64,000 bases of DNA from Chiloscyllium plagiosum (Eukaryota), in the NCBI RefSeq assembly GCF_004010195.1, contig NC_057753.1, forward strand, positions 4,748,887-4,812,886. Direction: 5' to 3'. The position numbers and the translations under genes are program-made. Numbering within the stretch: the first letter of the stretch is position 1; each line of letters starts with the position of its first letter. Under the pieces are notes generated by a model, which saw nothing but the letters and a program-made list of their open reading frames with translations, was not told the origin of the DNA and searched no databases. Below are positions 51,100 through 62,837 of this stretch, piece by piece.

Positions 51100-51674
51100 G
51101 TATGGATGTGACTGGAAAAGCGTCAAGATGCTCTATATCACAGTTAGACCACACCTGGAGAAAGTGTTCTGGGCACCCACCTGAGGAAGGGTGGATTGTC
51201 TTGGAATTAGAGGAAGTGCAGAACAGATTTACAAAGCTCAACCCCAGTGATTAAATTTGGATACAAGGTTGCAGAAAATGGATCTTAGTCATTTAACTGC
51301 AAAATGTTTGCCCTCAACTCTACTTTCCAGACTACTCCTGTTGCATCTGCATCTGTTCCTTGTTATGGTACTCAATACTTAACTGAGGCCAAGTCCTGTA
51401 TATTTAGCAAACTGCTCTCTCAATATGACCTTCAGTATGATCTGTGAATATTAACAGCCATGGTGATGTCGGGAAAATATGCGATTGGAGGTGATGCAGG
51501 CAATATACACCAGCTATCCTGGTCATTCTTTCTGGTGGAGATTGGGGAGAGTCTGTCGGAATTCTGGTTCAGTTGTAGATTGGGAAAAAAAATACTTCGG
51601 CTTCATCTTGTTCTTCTTTCTCTCCTTTCTCACTCCACCCCGCCTCTCCCAAATAGGTCAGACTCTTGTGCTCA

Positions 51675-52020
51675 TAGAGTTATAGAGATGTACAGCATGG
51701 AAACAGACCCTTCGGTCCAACCCGTCCATGCCGACCAGATATCCCAACCCAATCTGTCGCACCTGCCAGTCCCTGGCCCATATCCCTCCAAACCCTTCCT
51801 GTTCATAAACCCATCCAGATGCCTTTTAAATGTTGCAATTGTACCAGCCTCCACCACTTCCTCTGGCAGCTTATTCCATACACATACCACCCTCTGCCTG
51901 AAAAAGTTGCTCCTTAGGTCTCTTATATCTTTCTCTTCTCGCCCTAAACCTATGCCCTCTAGTTCTGGACTCCCCCACCCCAGGGAAAAGACTTATCCTA
52001 TCCAAGCCCCTCATAATTTC
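51675..52020 (-). mobile_element. CR1 3' end
   Basis: WNKLPEEVVEAGTIATFKRHLDG. Confidence 0.9.
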
Positions 52021-52276
52021 TGTGTGGTATATTCCCTTCTCTGAAGGACATTAATGAACCAGTTGAGTGTTTATAGCAATTCAGGTACTTCCCTGGTCCC
52101 TTTTCTTTCCCTAGTGCTGTTAGCACAGATTACTAGTTTGATTCAGCTCAATTTTGAAAATTTCCTTTGTGATTTTGTGGATTCTCTCACTGTTCCTTTT
52201 TTCCCCATTTCACAGGATGTTAGAGGGTGAAGATTTATATTTGGAAAACGTAAATTAAATATCAAATCAGAATCTG

Positions 52277-53188
52277 ATGGAGGTTACCCAATCTGTACTC
52301 GGAACTTCATCTGATTTAAACGTCGAAGAAGGCACCATTCACTGTGGGGAGAAACCATATACGTGTTCTGAGTGTGGAATAGGATTCAGCCGATCATCTG
52401 GCCTGCTGAAGCACAAACGCAGTCACATCAGAGAGAAGGCTTGGAAATGCGGCGACTGTGGGAAGGGATTCAATTACCCATCAGACCTGGAAAGGCACCG
52501 ACGTGGTCACACTGGACAGAAACCGTGGAAATGTGGAGACTGCGGGAAGGGATTCAATTATCCTTCTCAGGTGGAAATTCACCGACGTAGTCACACTGGG
52601 GAAAGACCATTCACCTGCTCCAAGTGTGGGAAGGAATACGCCCAGGTAGCTCATCTGCTGAAACATCAGCTGGTTCACACTGACGAGAGACCTTATAAAT
52701 GTCCAGATTGCGGGACCTCCTTCAAAAGTTCTGAGAAATTGATATCCCACCAACCTGTGCACACTGACGAGAGGCCATTCAGATGCGCTGACTGTGGGAC
52801 TGCATTCAAGCGATCATCTCAACTCATTGTCCACCAGCGAATTCACACTGGGGAGAGGCCGTTCACCTGCTCTGTGTGTGGGAAGGGATTCATTCAGTCA
52901 TTCCACCTGATTACGCACCAGCGGGTTCACACTGATGAGAGACCTTTTCAGTGTCCGGTCTGTGAGAAGTGCTACAAAAGTTCCAGGGAACTGATGAACC
53001 ATCAACGGGTTCACACTGACGAAAGACCGTTCAGATGCTCTCACTGTGGGACTGGATTCAGGCAATCCTCTCAACTCACTGTACACCAGAGAATTCACAC
53101 TGGTGAGAGGCCATTCACATGCTCCAAATGTGGGAAGGCATTTACTCAGTTATCCACATTGCTGAGACATCAGCGAGTTCACAGATAA
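52277..53188 (+). CDS. ZNF-6: C2H2 zinc-finger protein, 10 fingers
   Basis: 303-aa ORF; acceptor TTTCACAG before 52216; closest paralog is ZNF-1. Confidence 0.93.
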   Translation: MEVTQSVLGTSSDLNVEEGTIHCGEKPYTCSECGIGFSRSSGLLKHKRSHIREKAWKCGDCGKGFNYPSDLERHRRGHTGQKPWKCGDCGKGFNYPSQVEIHRRSHTGERPFTCSKCGKEYAQVAHLLKHQLVHTDERPYKCPDCGTSFKSSEKLISHQPVHTDERPFRCADCGTAFKRSSQLIVHQRIHTGERPFTCSVCGKGFIQSFHLITHQRVHTDERPFQCPVCEKCYKSSRELMNHQRVHTDERPFRCSHCGTGFRQSSQLTVHQRIHTGERPFTCSKCGKAFTQLSTLLRHQRVHR

Positions 53189-53464
53189 TTACAGTGATTT
53201 AGTTTTTATTCATTATTAATGAACTATGTTCATCAGTATGTCTCTGCTGATCTTCACAAATTCCAGACGATTTGTTGGTGTTGATATTCTGCATAAACGA
53301 CAAAGAAATCTATCTTTTGTTAAATACAGGGTTTCTAGTCGTCTTAATGTCTTTTCAACAAGTTAGTTCCTTTGAAGGCATCCTCCTACCGAGCCCCCAA
53401 TCTCCATCCAAAAACAGATGTAAGTAGCTCATGATGCATCAGTTCCATTCATTCATTTGCTCTC

Positions 53465-53975
53465 TCTGCAGGAAGAGGTTCTAGTGATTTCCAAATCTGC
53501 AACAACATCCACGAGTTCACACTGGTGAAAGGTCATTCACTTGCTCCATGTGAGGGAAAGGATTCACTAATTCATCAGACCTGTTTGCACACCAGTGCGC
53601 TTAGGGAAGATCTCTTGGTTTTGCAAATTTAACAAAAGTGCTCTATGGATCTGTTGTTCAGCATCAATGTGCTCACTTACCAGTGACTGTTCAGGTCCTT
53701 TCACTGTGGGAGGGGGTTTAGGTGGTCACTGTATGCCATCAAATTCACACCGGGGTGACGCCCATTTTCATACTTTTCAGTGTGGGACAGGAATCACTCC
53801 ATCAACCAACCTCCTGGGATAGCAGAGGGTCCGCAATTAATGAGTGTTTGGTTTCCACAGTTAATCACATCCAGGACTGAACCATGTTAATTGGTTTGCA
53901 CTGATGGTAATAATACCTCAAACGTGGCTACAGTTTAGCATTTTAGGTGAAAATCAACTCAGTCAGATTTGTGTT
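53465..53975 (+). pseudogene. Decayed finger array plus a second 3' UTR module downstream of ZNF-6
   Basis: GAGTTCACACTGGTGAAAGGTCATTCACTTGC.. with stops; TTAATCACATCCAGGACTGAACCATG module. Confidence 0.75.
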
Positions 53976-54004
53976 AAATGTTGAGTGACTTGGTCTTTTC
54001 AGTA

Positions 54005-54224
54005 CAGGTGGTTCTGCTATCACGTGCATTTCGCTAACGCGAATTCACTTTAACGTGATTGCCAAACTGGGGACACTGTTTCGAAAGCGCAAACTGTTAA
54101 AAGTGTGTGTTGGTTGTAATGTGATTACATGGCCAAAACTTTAAGTGCTGTTTCTAAAGCGCGATTTTCCTATAACCCAGGGTTGCACAAGAACACCACC
54201 ATCGTGTTATAGAAGAACTACCTG
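54005..54224. mobile_element. Tc1/mariner (Tigger/pogo-like) MITE
   Basis: TA|CAGGTGGTTCTGCTAT ... ATAGAAGAACTACCTG|TA imperfect TIRs. Confidence 0.75.
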
Positions 54225-54346
54225 TATATGTAGCAGTAGTTGGCTGTTTGTTTACCTGAGCTCATTGAACACCAGATAGTTTCCACTGGAGAGAAGCAGA
54301 TCAGCTGCTCTGAATTCATTCGTTCTTTATCCCTGCCGAGATACCG

Positions 54347-57030
54347 GATGGATAGGATAAATAAACTGGGGATCGGTGAGTCCAGAACTAGAGGGCATAG
54401 GTTTAGGGTGAGAGGGGAAAGATATAAAAGAGACCTAAGGGGCAACTTTTTCACACAGAGAGTGGTACGTGTGTGGAATGAGCTGTCAAAGGAAGTGGTG
54501 GAGGCTGGTACAATTGCAACATTTAAGAGGCATTTGGACGGGTATATGAATAGGAAGGGTTTGGAGGGATATGGGCCAGGTGTTGGCAGATGGGACTAGA
54601 TTGGGTTGGGATATCTGGTCGGCATGGACGGGTTGGACCGAAGGGTCTGTTTCCGTGCTGTACATCTCTATGACTTTATTTGACCAGAAATTCTTTTGAG
54701 TTCTCCGGTTCAGCACAAGATTTTAACCTGGAGGGCAAGCAAAATGCTTCAGACAATAAAATGAAAGAAATGTTTGTTCAAGAACTACACATCAGTACAG
54801 AATTATAAGATAAACTTTGAATTTATACATTTTGACCAAACTAACTACGTACTGTATTACAAGAGGTGCGCCTCCTTAGACTCCAACATTTCTAACGTAC
54901 AAATATCGCTAAATATACTTTTTGTCAAAACTTTCCACCTTGCACTCATCACAACAATTCAAGAGGAAAATCAATGTTAATATTGTTTAGCCTGAGAAGA
55001 CAGTACTGATTTGTGGGCAAGTGAAATCTGGTTGGTACAAGGTGTTTGCCATGCAGGAAACCTCAAGACCGAAAGTATCAACAAAAATTGTCTTTGGTCA
55101 ATAATAATCATTCTGTGTAACCAAATGTGTGTTTACAAAAAGGGTACAACCTCAAAAGGCGATTCAGTGGGATCTGAGTGTATAGTCATTAAATGTGGCA
55201 GGACAGCTTCAGAAAGTGCTTAAGAAGCTTAACATATCAGACACATTTTTCAATAGAGGTATGGAGGACAGTCATAGAATCAGTGTCGGTGACAGTACAA
55301 GATTACAAAGGGGCATTGATAGATTCGGTGAATGTGCAAAACTGGCAGGCGAATTTCATTGTAGGTAGGTGGGAAGTCATCCATTTTGGATAAGGAAAAG
55401 GAAGGATCAAGATATTTTGTTGATGGTACAAAGTTAAATGTCCAGAGAAATCTGGAGGTTCAGGTGCTTGCATCTTTAAGATGAGACAAAGGTGCAAATA
55501 ATGATCAAGATGGCTAAAAGGGCTGGAGTATAATTCTGCAGAGATTGTGCTGCAGCTATACCAAACCCTGGTTATAACCTTGGGGTACTGCGAGCAGAGC
55601 TTGACACCACTCCTTAGGCCTTTTGGGGAGCACAGTGTAAATTTACAACAACGATACCTGGACTTCAGATGTTAAAGTATGAGGGCAGATTATACAAATT
55701 AGGTCTCTTTTCTCGAAAATTTATAAGGTTAAGGGGTGAGTTGTTTGAAGCTTTCAAGATACTACAGTAATAAGAAAAGACAGAGTAGAATTCTACTGGT
55801 TCTACAACTAAGAGGCATAATCTAAAATTTGGGCCAGACCAGTCAGGAGAGATGTTAGGAAGCAGTTCTACACAAGGGGTGATAGTGAGTAGGAATTCTC
55901 TTCCACAAACACTGGTTGAGACAAGATCAATTGATGATTTTAAACTGGAGATGATACATTTTTGAGAAGCAACAGCATGAATAGAAGAGGGAATATGGGC
56001 CAAATGCAGGCAAATGGGATTAGCTTAATTTGTGAAACTTGGTTGGCATTGGATGAGTTGAACCAAAGAGTCTGTTTCCATGCTGTATAACTCTGAGGTG
56101 TTAAGGAATCTGGTCTGAATGTATTTATTCGGCCCCAGATCAGCCATGAACTAATTGAATGCCGAAACAAGCTTGAGGGCTGAATGGCCTTTCCGGTTTC
56201 TGTGTTCCCAAGTGAATGCCCTTAACTCAGGTGTTCAAAATCAGGAATGGTCTGGACAGAATATATGGGAAAAATCGTTACCCGTTGAAAAGGAGGGCAC
56301 AAATGTAACATGATTACTAAAATAATCAAAGGTTATCTGAAGTGTTTAGGTTCTGGAATGCACTGCCAGAGAGTATGGTTGACGTATTGAAAAGGGAATT
56401 AGATGGTTGTTTAAAAAAATAAGAATGTGAAATACTGTGGAAAGGAGATAAGATTGAGTCAGAGTTGTACAGCATGGAAACAAACATTTGGTCTAACTCA
56501 TCCATGCTGACCAGATATCCCGGATTAATCTTGGCCCATTTGCTAAAATCTGGCCCTCAAAGCCTCTCCTTTTCATATACTCATCCAAGTCCCTTTTAAA
56601 TGTTATGATTGTATCAGCCTCCGCCACTTCCTCTGGCAACTCATTCCATACACGCAGTACTGTCTGCATGAAAAGGTTGCCCCTCGGATCCTTTTGAAAT
56701 CTTTCCCCTCTCATCTTCAACCTATGCCTTCTAGTTTTGGACTGCCCTATCCTGGGGAAAAAGACCTTGGCTGTGCAGCCTATCCATGCCCTTCATGATT
56801 TTATAAACCTCTGTAAGTTCACTCGTCGGCCTCCGACGCTCCAGCCTATTCAGCCTCTCCCTGTAGCTCAAACTTTCCAACCCCGGCAACAGTTTGTAAA
56901 TCTTTTATGCACCCTTTCAAATTTAACAACATTTATCCTAGAGTAGTACACCAAATGGGGCCTAACCAATGGCCTATAGAGCCGCAGGATGACCACCTAA
57001 CTCCTCTGCTCAATGCACTGACCAAAGGCA
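54347..57030. mobile_element. CR1 fragments (+ 54347-54675; old + 55300-56450; - 56455-57030)
   Basis: CR1 tail translations. Confidence 0.8.
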
Positions 57031-57269
57031 GTAAGTAAGATGCTCATTTGAGAGTCAGCACAACACAATGGGCACTTTCTGAAATGCAATTATTATGTGA
57101 TACTTAAAATAGGAGGTGCATGCCATATTATCGCACCAGCCTATGGCCCATTTGGATACCATATTTATTTGGTGAAATTAATATTTAATCTCCGTCTCCG
57201 TGTTCCAGTTTATAAACAAAACCAAACCTGGGTTATATTCTTTCTACTGTACCTGACAGGTAGCCTACC

Positions 57270-57715
57270 CAGACACCCACGCGGTGCGGAATGTCCCCAA
57301 GTCGTCATAATAGGGAAATGCTGCGCATGCGCAAAGCCGCCGGTGGCTGGAGCCTGTCATGGCGACGGAGAGGTGTTTGCTTCTGAGCTGCTGAAATGTC
57401 AGGAACCAAGCGGGAAGAAATAGCCAATGGATCGGACGGGTGGATGGAGCCGCGTGGTAAGGACCTTGTATAAGATTTAAACCCCGACAGTGATCCTCCT
57501 GTTATCCCGTTTGCGCAAATTACAATGACGTCGCTAGGCTTCCTCCCAGAGGTAGGCCCCTGGTAGCGGACGCCATCTTTGTGGGGGGCGGCGGCGGCGG
57601 CACACATAAGTGGGCGCCATCTTTGTAAGGGGCATTGTTTGGAATGGCTGGACTTGGGTTGTGCTCATTCAGAATGCAGACAGCATGTCCCTGAGGCTGC
57701 ATTGGTCTCACTGAA
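57270..57715 (+). promoter_or_regulatory. CpG-island promoter and intron-1 element of ZNF-7
   Basis: Perfect NRF1 palindrome TGCGCATGCGCA at 57322; candidate donor near 57457; YY1-like CGCCATCTTTGT at 57571 and 57615. Confidence 0.75.
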
Positions 57716-57804
57716 TTGTCATACTGTCCTAAGATTAACATAAATGTTCGGCACATTGTGGGCCAAAGGGCCTGTGCTGTTCTATGTTCTAAAATATACA
57801 TGAG

Positions 57805-58030
57805 AGAGTACAGCATGGAAACAGACCCTTCGGTCCAACCCGTCCATGCTGACCAGATATCCCAACCCAATCTAGTCCCACCTGCCAGCACCCGGCCCAT
57901 ATCCCTCCAAACCCTTCCTATTCATATACCCATCCAAATGCCTCTTAAATGTTGCAATTGTACCAGCCTCCACCACTTCCTCTGGCAGCTGCTTCCATAC
58001 ACGTACCACCCTCTGTGTGGAAAAAGTTGC
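57805..58030 (-). mobile_element. CR1 3' end
   Basis: Tail motifs. Confidence 0.9.
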
Positions 58031-58944
58031 CCAGTCATATGAAGACCCAGTACAGGAATTCACAACTTTGAGCAAGCATCCTCAAATCAAGGGACTGCAG
58101 ACCGCGATGGTCTGGAAGGAATGGTGGTGGCTAGCAATGTTTCTGCAGAGAGCATGGTCATTCTGGGTCAGGAAGGGGATAGGTTTAGTGAATTTCTGTC
58201 TTGGACTGGCAGTAATGTTTTTTTGTAAAAAAAAACTTTTACAGAATGTTACATGAGTAACTGCAGAGTGGAATCTCAAACCAAACATCAGGTCAAAATC
58301 TGACTGTCACTGATGTGTCTGGACATTCATCAGAACTGAGTCTCAAAACAGAGATAGACCATTTCGGAGCCGATTTGTATTAGGGTGAGTGTTGGTCACA
58401 GGGACGATTTAACTTGTGCCTGTGATGTCTCTTTGTTAAAGCTAATTAGTTCATTACACTCCCTGATCTGTGCTTGAAGCCCATCATTTTGACTTTGGGT
58501 GTTTATCTAATTCCCTTCCAATGCCTTTGTCCCAGTTTGACTTTGACTGGAGGTCAAGAAGAAGCTGCTTGGTTCAACCCCGAGGACTTTGGAATCTAGT
58601 CAGCCCCAGCTATTTCCAATGTGAAGTTATCAAAGAAAGAAAGATTACAGGGACAATTAAAGAGACACTGTGAAAGGGTGTTGTTTTAACAATGGGAAAT
58701 TTTTAAACATATGCTTTAGGTCTGCTTTATATTGACATATTTTAAAGCATTATTCTTGGTATTTGAGAACCACTAGCAAGACCAGACCAACTACTTGAAC
58801 TTTTGCAGTCTGTGTTCTAAATACACTCCCACAATGCTGTTAGATAAGGAGTTAGGTGAAAGAACAGGACTAAGGTAAAATCACCAACAGAAAAGTGTAT
58901 TTATTTAGCACCTCCCACATAATAAAACTGTTCAAGGTCTTTCA

Positions 58945-59575
58945 GGTTTGGGCCGTCTATTTAGGGAAGGATGGGCTGGGCTTTGGAGGGGATCCTGAGG
59001 AGGTTTGCAAGAATGATCCTGGGGTTGAAGAGCTTGTCATGTGAGGAGCAGCTGAGGATTCGGTCTGTACACAGTGGAGTTTGGAAGGATGACGTGGTCA
59101 TCTCATTAAAACTTACAGAATACGGAGAGGTCTGGACAGAATGATTGTGAAGATGATGTTTCCGCTCATAGGAGAGCCTCAGAGTGAAGGGGATGAGCCT
59201 TTAGAACTGACATGAGGAGGACATTTCTCAGCCAGAGGGCTGTGAATCTGTGGAACCCATTGCCACCGAAGGCTGTGGATACCATGTCATTGAGTGTCTT
59301 TAAGTCAGAGATACGTAGGTTCTATATTAGCCAGGAGACCAAGGGTTACAGGGAGAAGGCAGGAGAATGGGTTTGAGAAACGTAGCCATGGCAGAGCAGA
59401 CTTGATAGGCCAAATGGTCTATTTCTGTGCCCGATGATGGTTCCTGATGAAGGGCTTTTGCCCGAAACATCGATTTTCCTGCTCCTCGGATGCTGCCTGG
59501 CCTGCTGTGCTTTTCCAGCAGCACTCCAATCTCCAGCATGGGCAGTACACACTTCTGCCTATTTCTGTTCCCGTA
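58945..59575 (+). mobile_element. CR1 3' end with a nested PLE hammerhead fragment (59434-59558)
   Basis: CUGAUGA-A-GGGC UUUU GCCC-GAAACAUC at 59444-59471; 15-bp TSD CTATTTCTGT.CCCG at 59419 and 59559. Confidence 0.8.
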
Positions 59576-60174
59576 TCTTATGATCTTCACCAAGACATAA
59601 TCAGCAACATTTGTATCTATGAGGAGATATTAGGCCTGGTGACCAACAGCATAGTGAATGCTTTCAGGGTTTTATTACAGGGAGAATGTGATTGATGGTC
59701 AGAGAGAGGAAATTCTGAGTCCAGTTAGGAATTGTTAAAGAGGCCGGAATGAAGACTGACGCAGACATCTCAGGAGGGTTGTACAGCTGGAAGAGCTTAC
59801 AGAGAAAGGCATGACCATAACCACAACGGGAAAGACGGACGAGAATTTGAAAACCTCTGCTTCTTAACTTGGGAGCCTAGGTTACTGAGCACAGAGGGTG
59901 ATGGGTGAAGAAAACTCGATGTTAGTATCACACAGGCAGTTTTGGGTGACCTCGAGACTAAGAGGAGGTGAGTTTGCCAGCCTCATGCGAATGACTCGAT
60001 TCATTCAGCTCAATTTTACATCCTGCCTTTGTGTTTTTGCGGGTGCTCTCAAACTTGATTTGTTGCGTGTTGAATCGATTTCACAGGGTTTCAGCAGGAG
60101 AGGGTGTGCAGCTGAGAAACTCAATCCAGACGTCAGTCGGTTTATTGCAACCTGAGGGTCGTTGGGTTTTGAAC

Positions 60175-61212
60175 ATGGAAGGAAACGGCACCGCTCACAC
60201 GGGAGAGAAGCCGTACACGTGTTCGGAGTGCGGTCGAGGCTTCAGCCAGTCATCCGACCTGTTAAGGCACAAGCGCTGTCACACTGGGGAGAAACCGTAC
60301 ACGTGTCCCGAGTGTGGGCGAGCCTTCAGCCAGTCATCCGGCCTGTCAGAACATCAGTGTAGTCACACCGGGCAGAAACCGTGGAAATGCGGGGACTGTG
60401 GGAAGGGATTCATTTCCCCGTCAAAGCTGGAGACTCATCGGCGCAGTCACACCGGGGAGAGGCCGTTCACCTGCTCCACGTGCGGGAAGGGATTCACTGC
60501 CTCTTCCCAACTCCGGAGGCACCAGCGAGTTCACACCGGGGAGTGGCTGGTTACCTGCTCTGACTGTGGAAAGGGGTTCACTCAGTCAACCCACCTCCTC
60601 GAGCACCAGCGGGTCCACACCGGGGAGAAGCCATTCACCTGCTCCGAGTGTGGCAAGGGCTTCACTCAGTCATCCCACCTGCTCAAACACCAGAGAGTTC
60701 ACACCGGGGAGAGGCCATTCACCTGCTGCGTGTGCGGGAAGGGATTCACTCAGTCCTCCAACCTGCTGTTACACCAGCGAGTGCACACCGGGGAGAGACC
60801 CTTCACCTGCTCTGAATGTGGGAAGGGTTTCACGGTGTCGTCCGACCTGCTGAGACACCAGCGGGTTCACACCGATGAGAGACCTTTCAAATGCTCAGAC
60901 TGCGGGAAGTGCTTCAAAAGCTCCGGGGACCTGATGTCTCATCAACGGGTTCACACCGACGAGAGACCGTTCATTTGCTCTGACTGTGGGGCTGGCTTCA
61001 GGCGATCCTCGCAACTTACTGTGCACCAGCGCGTCCACACTGGGGAGAGACCGTTCGCCTGCCCCGAGTGTGGGAAGGGATTCCCTCAGTTATCCCACTT
61101 GCTGAAACATCAGCGAATTCACACTGGAGAGAGACCGTTCACCTGCAGCAAGTGTGAGAGAGGATTCACTCAGTTATCGCACCTGCTGAGACACCAGCGC
61201 GTTCACCAGTAA
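60175..61212 (+). CDS. ZNF-7: C2H2 zinc-finger protein, 12 fingers
   Basis: ORF 60031-61212 with ATG at 60175 (TTGAACATGG); acceptor TTTCACAG before 60087. Confidence 0.94.
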   Translation: MEGNGTAHTGEKPYTCSECGRGFSQSSDLLRHKRCHTGEKPYTCPECGRAFSQSSGLSEHQCSHTGQKPWKCGDCGKGFISPSKLETHRRSHTGERPFTCSTCGKGFTASSQLRRHQRVHTGEWLVTCSDCGKGFTQSTHLLEHQRVHTGEKPFTCSECGKGFTQSSHLLKHQRVHTGERPFTCCVCGKGFTQSSNLLLHQRVHTGERPFTCSECGKGFTVSSDLLRHQRVHTDERPFKCSDCGKCFKSSGDLMSHQRVHTDERPFICSDCGAGFRRSSQLTVHQRVHTGERPFACPECGKGFPQLSHLLKHQRIHTGERPFTCSKCERGFTQLSHLLRHQRVHQ

Positions 61213-61334
61213 CTGCTGTAGCTAAGTTTCGAGAATTCAGATAGTGGGATGCTTTATAATTAGTAAGGAACAGATATGAGATGCCAGATAAGAAGGTGTC
61301 AGTTAGCTTGGCTGGGCGTAAAGTTAATAGATTA

Positions 61335-61640
61335 AATTAGACTCCCTACAGTGTGGAAACAGGCCCCTCGGCCCAACCAGTCCACACCAACCCTGCGAAG
61401 AGTAACCCACCCAGACCCATTTCCCTCTGACTAATGCGCCTAACACTACGGGCAATTTAGCATGACCAGTTCACCTGACCTGCACACCTTTGGACTGTGG
61501 GAGGAAACCGGGGCACCCGGAGGAAACCCACGCAGATACAGGGAGAACGTGCAAACTCCACACAGTGGGTCACCCGAGGCTGGAATCGAACCTGGGACCC
61601 TGGCGTTGTGAGGCAGCAGTGCTAACCACTGTGCTGCTCC
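61335..61640 (-). mobile_element. V-SINE
   Basis: Head, V-domain and tail. Confidence 0.9.
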
Positions 61641-62837
61641 GTACCAGGACTGCATGAAATCCATCTACAAATACTGAGGGAGGTGAGAGTGCAGAAAATG
61701 CAGATTTTTCAGATCCCTTACACTTAGCAGTGGTGCCAGAAGATTGGAGTATTGCAAATGTTACATCCTTGGTCAATTATTTTAGCTTCAATGGTTGTGA
61801 AAATTAGAAACAAGAAATTGGATAAAATTAAAAATTATATAGACAAATGCTAGTAATTAAGAAAAATTACTTAAGGTAAAAATATATTTGATTAAAATAC
61901 TCGTTCTTTTGAAGAGGCAATCAACTTATGTTTTGTAAAGAAACAGAGAGGGTTGATGGTGGCAAAGCTGATGGTATTGTGTCCATGACTTTCCAAAGAC
62001 ATTTGATACACTGCCACACAAAACAGCCAGAGAGTCAGAGCTGTCTGTATCTAGTACTGTCTCTGTCATCTTTAATGATCCTTGCAAACACGCACCCTAG
62101 CTCTACCTTCCCTTTCCTCTCCAAAGTCTTTGTACTTGGGCGTTCCCTAAGGATCTATCTCCATGCTGCCATTAGGTGACATCAGCCAAGAGCCCAGTGT
62201 TAGTTTTCACATGTACACTGACAATATCCAGCTCTATCTCCCCACCATTCCTCCACTGTTACTAAAATGATCAAACTGCTTATCTGACACTGCTACTGGA
62301 TTCGTAGAATTGTCCTACAATTAAAATGTGGACGACCAAAGCTGTTAACCTTCAATGTGTAAAAACAATCAATCCCTCTCCCTGAAGCTGAATGTCTCTG
62401 TTCACCATGTGTATGTCTTCTTCGGTGAGTTCTGACAGCTTAACCACCCCCCCCCCTTGCAAAAACCAGACGTTTTAATTTGCAGAACTTCATCAGTCTC
62501 CAATCCCCACCCCAGCTCACCTGGGGCTGAATCTGTCAACCGTGTCCATGTCACTTTTAATATTCTTGAATCCGATACATTCCTGGCCAATCTTTTGCAT
62601 TTACCCCACTCCCACCTGGAAATGTAACATGAACCAAACATTGCTGCTTTTGTGCTTGCTCAGACCTAAGTGCCATTCTTCCATTGTAATATTTTCGCTG
62701 ACCTTCTGTCTCTTAATAAAACAAGGTCATGATTTAAATGATGGTATTATAGAAGCAAGAGGAGCAGGATAAACTGAACAATACAATTTTAATTGTACCT
62801 GGGAGTGTATGGACATAAATCTTTTGAATGTGACTAG

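Noticed and set aside
60031-60174. N-terminal extension or KRAB-like domain of ZNF-7
   Set aside because: Crosses the predicted acceptor, has no KRAB motif, and the frame is not conserved in paralogs; cannot be fully excluded without transcripts.
4246-61212. Assigning human ZNF gene symbols
   Set aside because: Lineage-specific paralogs; similarity would reflect the generic C2H2 repeat, not orthology.
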